The notes beneath the pieces are model-generated. The model saw only the letters and a program-made list of their open reading frames with translations, was not told the DNA's origin and did not search any database. A stretch of DNA of 63,905 bases, filler included, from Candidatus Aminicenantales bacterium (GTDB lineage: Bacteria > Acidobacteriota > Aminicenantia > Aminicenantales > UBA4085): NCBI GenBank assembly GCA_049515535.1. It is 5 parts of 5 records of this genome, joined end to end, with 100 filler letters (N's around TTAATTAATTAA, not from the genome) between each part and the next. Parts side by side here need not be neighbours in the genome. Positions count along the whole stretch, not along the records: positions 39,874 to 60,530 come from JBEKTZ010000020.1; 4 more parts are not named here. The stretch is one strand, 5' to 3'. Below are positions 41,625 through 50,757 of this stretch, in pieces. The position numbers and the translations under genes are program-made. Numbering within the stretch: the stretch's first letter is position 1; each line of letters starts with the position of its first letter.

Positions 41625-42035
41625 TATAGAGAGTTTTTCAATAAAAATATTATTTCTAATTATTATTCACATTAGGAAGAATAACCTAGCTATTATTTAA
41701 ATTCTTAAATAAGAAAATGACTTAATAAAATATAAATTCCTATAAATGATTATGCGCTCACCTATATACGTCAGTTGTATTCCCTTTAGAAATAATTAGA
41801 CCAAATATTATTAATTCGCGGATGATGTTTATCCATGACGTTCTCTACTGCCCTATAAACCAAGACATTGTATCGATTCCAAATAAAGGGCGACAGAATT
41901 GTGCGTCGAGATATTCCACATAAGGTGTTATAACAAAGCACCCTGACCTACCCCACCTTATTTCCTCGATTATCTATCGGTTAGCCTTATTAATATTTTT
42001 GGTCTGATTAAGCCAAATTGAGCCATTTTTAGCGA

Positions 42036-42248
42036 TTTTGTCCTCAATTTTGTCCACACGGCGGAAGGGGCTGTCTATTCAGGCCTCTGGACGGTCACGT
42101 CAGAGGTCGTGAGTTCAAGTCTCGTCGGCTCCGCCATTCAAATCCCTTATAATCTGAAGGATACGTTCTATTCCGCGCAGTTTTCCTTTCCGCTCCAATA
42201 CCGTAGTTTACCCGCTTTTCAATCGAATCTGTGACATATTTGTGACAT
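42036..42248. repeat. Short direct repeats flanking the att core (arm-type integrase site candidates)
   Basis: ATTTTGTCC twice at about 42035-42055 and TGTGACAT twice at 42230-42237 and 42241-42248. Confidence 0.55.
42094..42136 (+). other. 3' fragment of tRNA-Asp(GTC), probable att core of an integrative element
   Basis: GTCACGTCAGAGGTCGTGAGTTCAAGTCTCGTCGGCTCCGCCA gives the anticodon, T-arm, acceptor 3' strand and CCA. The upstream sequence cannot form the 5' half. Confidence 0.85.
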
Positions 42249-42353
42249 GGGGAGCGGTTTGCTATTCGTATTTGACTCACTCTTTTTATTAGTGTTATTC
42301 TTTTGCCTGGAAGCTAAAAAAAAGGGGCTTTGAAAAAGGAAAGCTGTAACATA

Positions 42354-44475
42354 ATGAGTCCATTTACGGAATACCTCGCCTCCATTAATAAAGAACTGGG
42401 TGGAGGCGCTGCGACAGAAAACACTTACCGTCCCGCTCTGAAAGCTTTGTTGGAAGCCTTCGCCGAAGGAATCACCGCCACCAACGAACCCAAGCGCATG
42501 CTCTACGGAGCGCCCGATTTCAACATCACCCGCAAGAAAGTGCTCCTCGGCTACGTCGAGACCAAAGACATCGGCACAAACATCACCGAAATGGAGCAGG
42601 GCAAAGGGCCGCACGGAAAGCAGTTCATCCGCTACCGCGACGGCCTGCCGAATTGGATTCTGACCGACTACCTCGAATTTCGCTGGTTCGTGAACGGCAA
42701 AAAGCGGCTTTCCGCCCGCATCGCCGAGCTCGACGCTAAAAGCAAAATCAAACCGACCTAAGACGGCGAACAAAAGTTGGGCCAACTCTTCAACGCATTT
42801 TTAAAAGAACCGGCTTTGACTGTCGCCACAGCCAAAGACCTGGCCGTGAGCATGGCCCACATGACGCGCATCGTCCGCGACCAGATCATCGAATCGTTCA
42901 AGCAAGAGTCAGAAGAAACAGAAAGGCTTCGCGTGAAAGAAGAAACAACCGGCTATGGCCCCTCTCCATCCGCGCGCGGACCTTGGCTCCACAATTGGCT
43001 CGGCGCTTTTCGCGAAACTCTTATCCCCGACCTCAGCGAGCCTCAATTCGCTGATATGTTCGCCCAAACGCTGGCTTACGGCCTTTTCGCCGCGCGCGTC
43101 CACACGCCGCCAGGCAAAGAGTTTTCCCGCGAAATGGCCGCCTACAATCTTCCGAAGACGAATCCGTTTCTCCGCAAGCTCTTTGCCGAAATCGCCGGCG
43201 TGGACATGCCCGACTCCATCGCCTGGGCCGTGGACGACATCGTCGAATTGCTGAAGCATGCCGACATGTCCGAAATTCTCAAGGACTTCGGCAAAGTGAA
43301 AGGCAAAGAAGACCCCGTCGTTCATTTCTATGAAACATTTCTTGCCGCCTATGACCCGAAGATGCGCGAATTGCGCGGCGTCTATTACACGCCCGAACCC
43401 GTCGTCAGCTACATCGTCCGCTCCATCGATCACTTATTGAAGACACGATTCAATCGCCCAAAAGGCCTGGCCGATGAAAACACGCTCATCCTCGATCCGG
43501 CCACCGGCACCGCAACGTTTCTCTATTTCGTCATCGATCATATCTACCAGAGTCTCGCCAAGCAGAAGGGCGCCTGGGACGACTATGTTGTAGCGCATCT
43601 GCTCAACCGCATCTTCGGCTTCGAGCTGCTCATGGCACCCTATGCCGTTGCCCATCTCAAGCTCGGCATGCAACTGGAGCAAACCGGCTACACAGTTCGG
43701 CTCCGACCAACGCCTAGGCATCTTCCTCACCAACACGCTCGAAGAAGCTCCTAAAAAGAGCGAACAGCTCTTCGCCGGCTGGGTCGCCGAAGAAGCCAAT
43801 GCCGCCGCCAGAATTAAACGCGATGAACCGATCCTCATCGTGCTCGGCAATCCGCCATATTCAGGCCACTCAGCAAACCGCAGCCGCGATGAAAAAGGCA
43901 AGCTAACGTTCATCGGCAAACTCATTGAGGACTATAAGGTTGTGGACGGGAAGCCGCTCGGCGAGCGAAATCCCAAGTGGTTGCAAGATGACTACGTGAA
44001 ATTCATTCGCTTTGCCCAGTGGAGGATTGTCAAGACTGGCGAAGGTATAGTCGGCTACATTACAAACCACAGCTACCTCGACAATCCAACTTTTCGTGGT
44101 ATGCGCCAAAGCCTTTTAAAAAGTTTCAACCAAATTTACGTTTACGACTTGCACGGCAGCTCGAAGAAAAAAGAGAGAACACCCGATAGAAGCGAGGACA
44201 AAAACGTATTTGACATACAGCAAGGCGTGGCGATTTTGCTTTGCATGAAAGAGATACGTAATGCGAAATCCGCCTGCATCTTTCATGCAGACCTTTGGGG
44301 CATACGCGAATACAAATACGAATATCTTTATGAAACGGATGTAAGCAAAACCAAATGGACTCAACTAAGGCCGGTTTCTCCGTTCTATTTGTTTGTGCCT
44401 CAGGATACTGGCTTGCGTAATGCATATGAGCAAGGCTGTCCGCTGCAGCCGGTGTCGGGCGGCGCGAATTGCTAA
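42354..44475 (+). pseudogene. Type IIG / type ISP-like restriction-modification enzyme (nuclease + N6-adenine MTase), inactivated
   Basis: PD...ETK nuclease motif, RGVYYTP, LDPATGT, GNPPY. In-frame TAA at 42759-42761, +1 insertion near 43692, and loss of the C-terminal region at about 44437. Confidence 0.88.
44436..44462 (-). other. Truncated attC site (R'' and L'' half only)
   Basis: Minus strand CCGCCCGAC-ACCGGCTGCAGCGGAC just downstream of the 2H gene; resembles the complement of the cassette start GTTAAGCGG. The other half is missing. Confidence 0.6.
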
Positions 44476-44483
44476 GCCTCGCA

Positions 44484-44984
44484 TCATAGCCTAACGCAGA
44501 ACTCAATGGGGCGCTCGCCATCCACTCGATAAACGGCCACTTCTTCGATAACCGTTTGAAATATTGTCCTTATTTTCCGTGCCTCCTCAAGCGCACTAAG
44601 GAAGGCAGCCTTATTCCCAAGGCGACCCACGGTGAGATGAGGAATAAAGGTGTGTTCTACCGACAAATAAGCCGCTAAAGCGCCTGAGTATAAACGGTCA
44701 TGCAGTTCAATGAGTCGATCGTTACCGCGTTTCACGTTCAGGAAGAGATACTCGCCCTCTGAACCGATAATGCCGTGTAACTGAACTGGAAACGGGCCTA
44801 CACCCTGAACGGCTTGTTGAATATGAGTTTGTAAATGTTCTGCGGATAAATGGCTTTCGAACGGGAACACGAGTGTCATATGCGGCTCAATGGTATTCGC
44901 AAGCGGGTCGAATTGCCTCCTGAGTTGGCGGAGGAGATGAAGCTCTTCAAACTTCGGGAAAATTACGATAGCGCGTTTGGACAT
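44484..44984 (-). CDS. 2H phosphoesterase (2'-5' RNA ligase/YjcG-like), integron cassette 3
   Basis: Two HxT motifs, PHMTL and PHLTV. Confidence 0.88.
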   Translation of the reverse strand: MSKRAIVIFPKFEELHLLRQLRRQFDPLANTIEPHMTLVFPFESHLSAEHLQTHIQQAVQGVGPFPVQLHGIIGSEGEYLFLNVKRGNDRLIELHDRLYSGALAAYLSVEHTFIPHLTVGRLGNKAAFLSALEEARKIRTIFQTVIEEVAVYRVDGERPIEFCVRL

Positions 44985-45019
44985 AATTGGATTCTATCTG
45001 CTCTCAGGGTACAAGCACC

Positions 45020-45117
45020 GCTTAACTTTGGGCGGATGAGCTGCGAGATGCCAACTATCCACTTCGATTCTAGTCTGCCTTCCGAGGCGCTCTGTCTGCT
45101 CGATCCGCTCGTTCACA
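45020..45117 (-). other. Integron attC site (98 bp)
   Basis: Minus strand TGTGAAC-GA-GCGGAT(C)GAGC...GCTCATCCGC-CCAAA-GTTAAGC: paired L boxes with an extrahelical C and AAC/GTT cores; overlaps the DUF4062 stop. Confidence 0.85.
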
Positions 45118-46303
45118 ATAAACCTTTGTATTCGAATCCCAATTGAACCGCGAGACGGCGAAGCTCCGGGCCGAGATCCCCTAGATCCGGGCAAGTGAGA
45201 GTCAGCGTCATCTCAAGGGACTGAGGGGCCTTCGTCTCCTCGTACCGTCGTACGGTCTCTCCGATGCGGCGGCGGAGGTCGATCGAAAATGTTTCTATCT
45301 CTTGGATCATGTTCGCCGAAGCTCTCGCGATTATCTCGAGAAGATGGATAAACTCCTCCTTGACCTGAGTCCGCTTGAACTCCGCAGTCCACTCGAGGAT
45401 GCGGCGATAGACCTCCCCTAAGCGCCGAGCGACGTACACAATCGCGTCAGGGTCACCCGGCTCGCCCGGAGCGCCCAGCGCTTCGGGAAGCGCGGTATTC
45501 ACGAGCTTGTTGGCCGACTTCGCGAATGCCCCCAACTCCCCAAGCTTCCCCTGCACCCAATCCACAACTAGATGGAACTCCGTGAGCCTCACTGCCCGTC
45601 CTAAGACGAGACCATACTCTAGGTCCTTTTTGACGCTCGCCAGTTTCGATACTTCATCCAGTAGCACCTGACTAAACAGTATGTACTCCCAGGCAAACAG
45701 CTTCTGGACCGCAATCATAAGCGCTGCTCCCGACAGGTCGGCCAGCGCGTCCGACAGTCCAGAGCCTAGCACCTTCAATCGTACCGCTAACGAGTCCATG
45801 AACAGATACGCAAGTTGGATGCGCAGTATCTCGATGATGTCCTGGGCCGATTCAAACGGGAAGATCCAGTTTTCCTTCGGGTCTCGCAGTGACTCAACAA
45901 ACTCGAAGAGGCTCGGGGAGTCAACTAGTCCCGAGAAGTCGCCCGTTGGATTCTTTCTCCAAATTGGCAGCGTATTAAGAATCGGTTTCTGGACGAACAC
46001 GTAGCGCGGGATTCCCTTCGCCTTTGCCTCAAGGTACTCAAGGTTCGTGATCGACTTTCCGCCACCAGCGACGGAGCCATATCTACCGCCTACGACGAGA
46101 ATAAAGATGTCCGCACGCTCTTTCACTCCCGCCAGACAATTCCCCACGGCATCCAGACTCGGATCTACCGGAAACGAGGGGAACTCAGACAAGACCGGCA
46201 GCATGCCTAATGACTCGAAGAAGAGACGCAGGTCATTTCGTACTTGGGCCAAGTCGTAGCACGTCGAGCTCACAAAAACCGAAGGCTGACGAGAGATGGG
46301 CAT
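45113..46303 (-). CDS. DUF4062 (TIR-like fold) domain protein, integron cassette 2
   Basis: VFVSSTCYDL, DIFILVVGGRYGS, SITNLEYLEA; GAGGAGG RBS before ATG 46303. Confidence 0.88.
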   Translation of the reverse strand: MPISRQPSVFVSSTCYDLAQVRNDLRLFFESLGMLPVLSEFPSFPVDPSLDAVGNCLAGVKERADIFILVVGGRYGSVAGGGKSITNLEYLEAKAKGIPRYVFVQKPILNTLPIWRKNPTGDFSGLVDSPSLFEFVESLRDPKENWIFPFESAQDIIEILRIQLAYLFMDSLAVRLKVLGSGLSDALADLSGAALMIAVQKLFAWEYILFSQVLLDEVSKLASVKKDLEYGLVLGRAVRLTEFHLVVDWVQGKLGELGAFAKSANKLVNTALPEALGAPGEPGDPDAIVYVARRLGEVYRRILEWTAEFKRTQVKEEFIHLLEIIARASANMIQEIETFSIDLRRRIGETVRRYEETKAPQSLEMTLTLTCPDLGDLGPELRRLAVQLGFEYKGLL

Positions 46304-46323
46304 TCCTTCCTCCTCTGATGTAT

Positions 46324-46393
46324 CGCGAACGTCAGCCTTCACCTTCCGGAGGCCTGCCTCGGGTCACCGCTAAGGCGCAAGGTATTGTTCGGT
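46324..46393 (-). other. Integron attC site (70 bp)
   Basis: Minus strand ACCGAAC-AATA-CCTT(G)CGCCTT...AAGGTGAAGG-CTGAC-GTTCGCG. R'' is the exact complement of the cassette start GTTCGGT at 47503-47497. Confidence 0.85.
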
Positions 46394-46396
46394 GCG

Positions 46397-47470
46397 TCAT
46401 GTAGATTCTGCTGGTGGTCGAATCGTACGGCGCCGTGTCACGGGTTTCCTTTCTTCAATTGTGCGATGAAGCATGTGTTCAAGCATTCTTGGGAATTCCA
46501 TGAAAAACATGTGCATTTCTTTGCCACCCATTCCGAATTCCTCCATGAAGGGACCTCGCATCATAATTTCCGAAAAATGATGAATGCGGGTAATCTCTCT
46601 CTTTACCGCCACCGGATCTCCGGATTTTGCTGCTCGATAGGCGTCCATTGCAATTTCGTAAAGCCATGGCGCATCATCGCGGATGACGCTTGCGGCCATG
46701 AGAATTCCGACAGGATCACCAGGATCGCCAGTCATGTGAAGCAAATCCTCAATCATCATGGGGTTAAAGCGGCGAAGACGCTTTCGTCTGAAAGGGTCGC
46801 CGAGTTCGGACATCCGCTCTGCAACTCGTGAAGGTAAATCGCGGACCAAAGCCTTCATCTCTTCTACGAGCCTTGCCATGGGGTTTTCTTCAGTTGGGGG
46901 TTTGTCCCCTTTTCCACCGAGTTTCTCCAGAATCTTGTCCACGGAAGCTTTAAACGCTTTGACTTGTGTTCGGACAACGTCGGCGTCGGGTTCAATTCCG
47001 GGAACACGGCGGGCGAGTTGCAGAACGAGCTTGGTCAATTCCTCTTCGCTGCCGTCGCAGTTTTGGAAATAGTAAAATGGACCAGTGTTCACGCGATTCA
47101 AGGTGACACCAAGGGCAATGCCATGCACCCGCCTGTTGAGCTTACCTTTGGCAACGCCTACTTCGTAAAGTATCCATGGGCGGTCAAGACTGCGCTCTGT
47201 AAAGAGGCAGACGACATCGGACGCGGCTTCGAGCTTGGTCATCAGTTTCTCGTACCACTCGTCGCCAAAATCGATTCCTTCATTGCCCTTCTTGTCGGTT
47301 GAGCGAAACGATTTCAACATTCCGGCGCTAACGCTCTTAAGCAACTTGCTGAAAGCCTCGGCAAGATCACCGTCACGGTTATCGTGGCTGATAAATACGA
47401 GAGGGCCGGTCACATTAGTGGGTAGATCTCTGTCTGCGCTTACCTGTGGTGTTTTTTCTGATTCAGCCAT
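46397..47470 (-). CDS. TIR domain protein with helical C-terminal domain, integron cassette 1
   Basis: VFISH, GIDFGDEW, RPWILYEVG (catalytic Glu position retained). Confidence 0.9.
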   Translation of the reverse strand: MAESEKTPQVSADRDLPTNVTGPLVFISHDNRDGDLAEAFSKLLKSVSAGMLKSFRSTDKKGNEGIDFGDEWYEKLMTKLEAASDVVCLFTERSLDRPWILYEVGVAKGKLNRRVHGIALGVTLNRVNTGPFYYFQNCDGSEEELTKLVLQLARRVPGIEPDADVVRTQVKAFKASVDKILEKLGGKGDKPPTEENPMARLVEEMKALVRDLPSRVAERMSELGDPFRRKRLRRFNPMMIEDLLHMTGDPGDPVGILMAASVIRDDAPWLYEIAMDAYRAAKSGDPVAVKREITRIHHFSEIMMRGPFMEEFGMGGKEMHMFFMEFPRMLEHMLHRTIEERKPVTRRRTIRPPAEST

Positions 47471-47496
47471 TTATTTCTCCTCTTTCCTATCGTTTC

Positions 47497-47530
47497 ACCG
47501 AACAATGTTTATATTTATCCATATAAAACC
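47497..47530 (-). other. Putative attI site heading the cassette array
   Basis: Minus strand GGATAAATATAAACATT-G/TTCGGTG: a GTT core preceded by AT-rich, non-attC sequence. Confidence 0.55.
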
Positions 47531-47889
47531 CTAAGGACGGCATTGAGTGCCGTATAAGACGCCGGTGAATACGGCATCATTTCGGGCCTAATTGCAATGT
47601 TTTCAACATGTCACGTTAATGTGATGTTATTATCATAGTGTTTTATAAGGATCGGCATAAAATACTTCATGACTACCTCAAAAGACTTCGACTGGGCTCC
47701 AAACTCCAGCGCGGCTTTCTTACAGAATAGGAAGCTTGGTTTTCCTCAATAAAGAGCGGTCCTTCGGACGATAAAACACATCCCCCACTTTCCATGGAAA
47801 TATACTAATCAACGCCGGCGGTGTTGTCAATCGCCGCATTTGACATTCCTCCCGGCCTGATATAAGAATCCGTCGGGAGAAAACGAGCG

Positions 47890-48675
47890 ATGAAAAAGGT
47901 TCTCTTGACCGCGGCCGGCTATGATCCATCGGGCGGAGCCGGCGTCCTTCTGGACGTGAAGGTCTTCGCCCAGTTCGGTTTTCACGGCGCGGCGGTTATC
48001 ACAGCGCTGACGACCCAGAACACGCGATCCGTCAAGAACGTCTATGCGCTTCCCCCCGGCTTGATCAGGGAACAGAGCCGGGTCCTCGCCAGAGACATGA
48101 AGTTCGCCGGGATCAAGGTCGGCATGGCCGGCTCTTGGGAAAACCTGAAGGCGATCGGCGAAATATTGACGAAGCTCAAGGATGTCCCGCGCGTCATCGA
48201 TCCCATCTTCCGCTCAAGCTCCGGCGCCTGGCTCCTGGACAAAGGGGCGATCTCCGTTTTCCTGGGCGAAATCCGCGGGAAGGCGACGGTCTTGACTCCT
48301 AATCTGGACGAGGCCGGGCTGATGATCGGAAGCAAGCTCCGGAATATCCCGGACATGAGGGAAGCCGCCGGGGAAATCTTCAGAGTGACGCGTGTCCCCT
48401 GCCTCGTCAAGGGCGGCCACCTCGAGGGAGATGCCGTCAACCTTCTCTATGACGGCCGGCGCGTCTATCTTTTCGGCCAAAAGAAGATCGCCAAAGACGT
48501 CCACGGAACGGGATGTTATTTTTCAGCGGCACTGTTGTGCCACATGGCGCGCGGGAAATCGCTCTCCGCAGCCGCCGAGCTCGCTACGGAAAACACGCGC
48601 GCCGCGATCCGCGGCGCCGTCCTTATCGGCCGCGGCCGTCGGATCTTCTCGTCATTTCTCCTCGGGCACGAATAA
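47890..48675 (+). CDS. thiD: Hydroxymethylpyrimidine/phosphomethylpyrimidine kinase
   Basis: AGYDPSGGAG, TALTTQN, LTPNLDEA, VKGGH, HGTGC. Confidence 0.93.
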   Translation: MKKVLLTAAGYDPSGGAGVLLDVKVFAQFGFHGAAVITALTTQNTRSVKNVYALPPGLIREQSRVLARDMKFAGIKVGMAGSWENLKAIGEILTKLKDVPRVIDPIFRSSSGAWLLDKGAISVFLGEIRGKATVLTPNLDEAGLMIGSKLRNIPDMREAAGEIFRVTRVPCLVKGGHLEGDAVNLLYDGRRVYLFGQKKIAKDVHGTGCYFSAALLCHMARGKSLSAAAELATENTRAAIRGAVLIGRGRRIFSSFLLGHE

Positions 48676-49647
48676 TTCGCTGGCGCGCTGGAGGATTTCA
48701 GGCGAGAATCTCACTTTCTGTCTTTCGGCGGCCTTCAAGTTGAGGCTCATTTTGACGCTGGTCATGTTCTGGAACGGGATCCCGGCCAGGCTCTCGCCGT
48801 CTTTTACCCGCTTCACGATCTGGCCCGTCTTGTATCCCAGATCGTAGAAATCCCAGCCGATGGCCGCGCAGGCGCCGACGCGCGTCGAAAGCACGAAGCC
48901 GCCGAAAAGCGGGAGCCCATTCTCTTCGGCCACTTTGCCGATGGCTTCGAACGAGGCGTTGATCGTATTGTCCGAGATCTGATAAATGACGTCGATCTTC
49001 TTATTGACCAGGGCCTGGGCGGCGAGCAGGACTTCGCTGGAGTTCGCTATCGGCACCGCGATGATCTCGAGGCCCAATTCCGACGCGGCGGAGCGCGCCA
49101 GCTCCAGATAGTACTCCGAATTGCGTTCGGAAGGCGTCCAGAGCGTTCCGATCCTCCTGGCCTTTGGCAGGACCTCGCGGATGAAGGCCAGGGTCTTCCT
49201 GATGGGCACCGCAGAATCCGAGGTCACGCCGGTGACGTTTCCGAGGTGCTCGATCGGCGATATTCCGGCTCTCGTCAGATACGGATTGGCCACCGAGGTG
49301 AACACGATCGGGATCTTTTGCGTGACGATCAGGGCGGCCTGAAGGCCGGGCGTCGAGACCGCCACGATCATATTCACCTTCGCCTTCACGAAATCCTGGG
49401 CGATCCGCTGGACCTCGGAGATATCGCCCCTCGCGTCGCCGATCACCAGCCGAACGTTCAGGCCGTCCTTGAGCCCGCTGTCCGCCAGGGCCCCGATGAA
49501 CCCTCGCCGGACTTCGGCGCTGGTCATGGAGTCAAGGAGTTGAAGATAGCCGATCGTGTACAGAGGCTTTTCGGGCTTGCGGCAAACGGGGAACAATAGA
49601 CAGGCGACCAAGGCAAGGGTGAGATGAACCCGGCCTTTTTTCCCCAT
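48652..49647 (-). CDS. ABC transporter substrate-binding protein (ABC_sub_bind family), no adjacent transporter
   Basis: IPIVFTSVANP, NVTGV, PSERNS, SDNT. Start may be 49647 or 49665. Confidence 0.8.
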   Translation of the reverse strand: MGKKGRVHLTLALVACLLFPVCRKPEKPLYTIGYLQLLDSMTSAEVRRGFIGALADSGLKDGLNVRLVIGDARGDISEVQRIAQDFVKAKVNMIVAVSTPGLQAALIVTQKIPIVFTSVANPYLTRAGISPIEHLGNVTGVTSDSAVPIRKTLAFIREVLPKARRIGTLWTPSERNSEYYLELARSAASELGLEIIAVPIANSSEVLLAAQALVNKKIDVIYQISDNTINASFEAIGKVAEENGLPLFGGFVLSTRVGACAAIGWDFYDLGYKTGQIVKRVKDGESLAGIPFQNMTSVKMSLNLKAAERQKVRFSPEILQRASELFVPEEK

Positions 49648-49673
49648 GTCCTTCAATAAGATCATAATCGAAT

Positions 49674-50678
49674 TTACGTCCCCAGACAAACGTTTCGAAA
49701 AACCCGACGGGAAATGTTCTTGCCGCTCAGGACAAGGACGACCCGCCGGCCTTTGAATCGGGCCGGATATGTCATCAATGCCGCGAGGGCGAGAGCCCCC
49801 GCTCCCTCGACGACCCGGCCATGGATTCCATGGATCGCCCGCATGGCCCGGGCGAGAGTGCGCTCGCTCACGATCAAGATCTCGTCGACGTATTTCCGGC
49901 ACAAAGGAAATGTCACCGAGCCCGGCTCGATCCCTCCGGCCACGGCGTCGGCCAACGTTTTTTTCTCACGGAAATCGACCAAGCGGCCGGCCCTTAACGA
50001 AGCGGCCATGAACGCCGAGCGGGCCGGCTCGCAGCCGACAATTCCGGCCCCCGGACATTCGGATTTCAGATATCCTCCGATGCCGGCGATCAGCCCTCCG
50101 CCGCCGACGGGAACGAGGACATCGGCGGGATCATGAACTTGGTCCAGGATTTCCAGCCCGACCGTCCCCTGTCCATATATGACATCGAGGTCATTGTAAG
50201 GAGAGACGAAAACGTGGCCCTCCTTTTCGGCCTCCCGCCGGGCGAACATTTCCGTTTTTTCGCAGCTCGTGCCGTGGAATCTCAAGTTCGCGCCGGATCT
50301 CCTGATCTTCGCGATCTTGGCCGGCGAAGCGTTCTCGGGAAGATAGAGCGTCAGGGCCACGCCCTCGCGCCCGGCCGCATAGCTCATCGCGAGCCCATGA
50401 TTCCCGGTGGAAGCCGAGACGACGCCTTTTCTTTTTTGGCCGGACGAAAGCGTCCGGATCTTGTTCAAGGCACCCCGGAGCTTGAAAGATCCGGTGGTCT
50501 GCTCACATTCCCATTTCAAATAGACATGGGCGCCGAACATCAGACTCAGGGCCGGGGAATATTCCAAGGGCGTCTTGACGATATCTCCGCGGATGCGCGC
50601 CCACGCCCTTGCGACGCCGTTCGCGAAGGGGGAGGCGGCCTTCCGTTTTTGAGGGACCATGGACGATTCCGCGATCAT
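49674..50678 (-). CDS. PLP-dependent threonine/serine dehydratase
   Basis: TGSFKLRGA, ASTGNHG, GQGTVGLE, VPVGGGGL, SGKN. Start is approximate. Confidence 0.9.
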   Translation of the reverse strand: MIAESSMVPQKRKAASPFANGVARAWARIRGDIVKTPLEYSPALSLMFGAHVYLKWECEQTTGSFKLRGALNKIRTLSSGQKRKGVVSASTGNHGLAMSYAAGREGVALTLYLPENASPAKIAKIRRSGANLRFHGTSCEKTEMFARREAEKEGHVFVSPYNDLDVIYGQGTVGLEILDQVHDPADVLVPVGGGGLIAGIGGYLKSECPGAGIVGCEPARSAFMAASLRAGRLVDFREKKTLADAVAGGIEPGSVTFPLCRKYVDEILIVSERTLARAMRAIHGIHGRVVEGAGALALAALMTYPARFKGRRVVLVLSGKNISRRVFRNVCLGT

Positions 50679-50757
50679 TATAATATATTTTCGCCTCTCG
50701 CGCTCCGGCCCAAATCTTTGTTGGACATTTCGTCCGTTTTTTTTAAAATAGGAGGAC

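Noticed and set aside
42061..42136. Complete tRNA-Asp gene
   Set aside because: No D-arm or complementary 5' acceptor strand; only the 3' part is present.
44436..47530. TIR + DUF4062 + 2H as one Thoeris- or CBASS-like operon
   Set aside because: The genes are separated by attC sites, so they are independent cassettes; no ThsA or cyclase is present.
47669..47752. Short plus-strand ORF where intI would be expected
   Set aside because: Under 30 codons and no tyrosine recombinase motifs.
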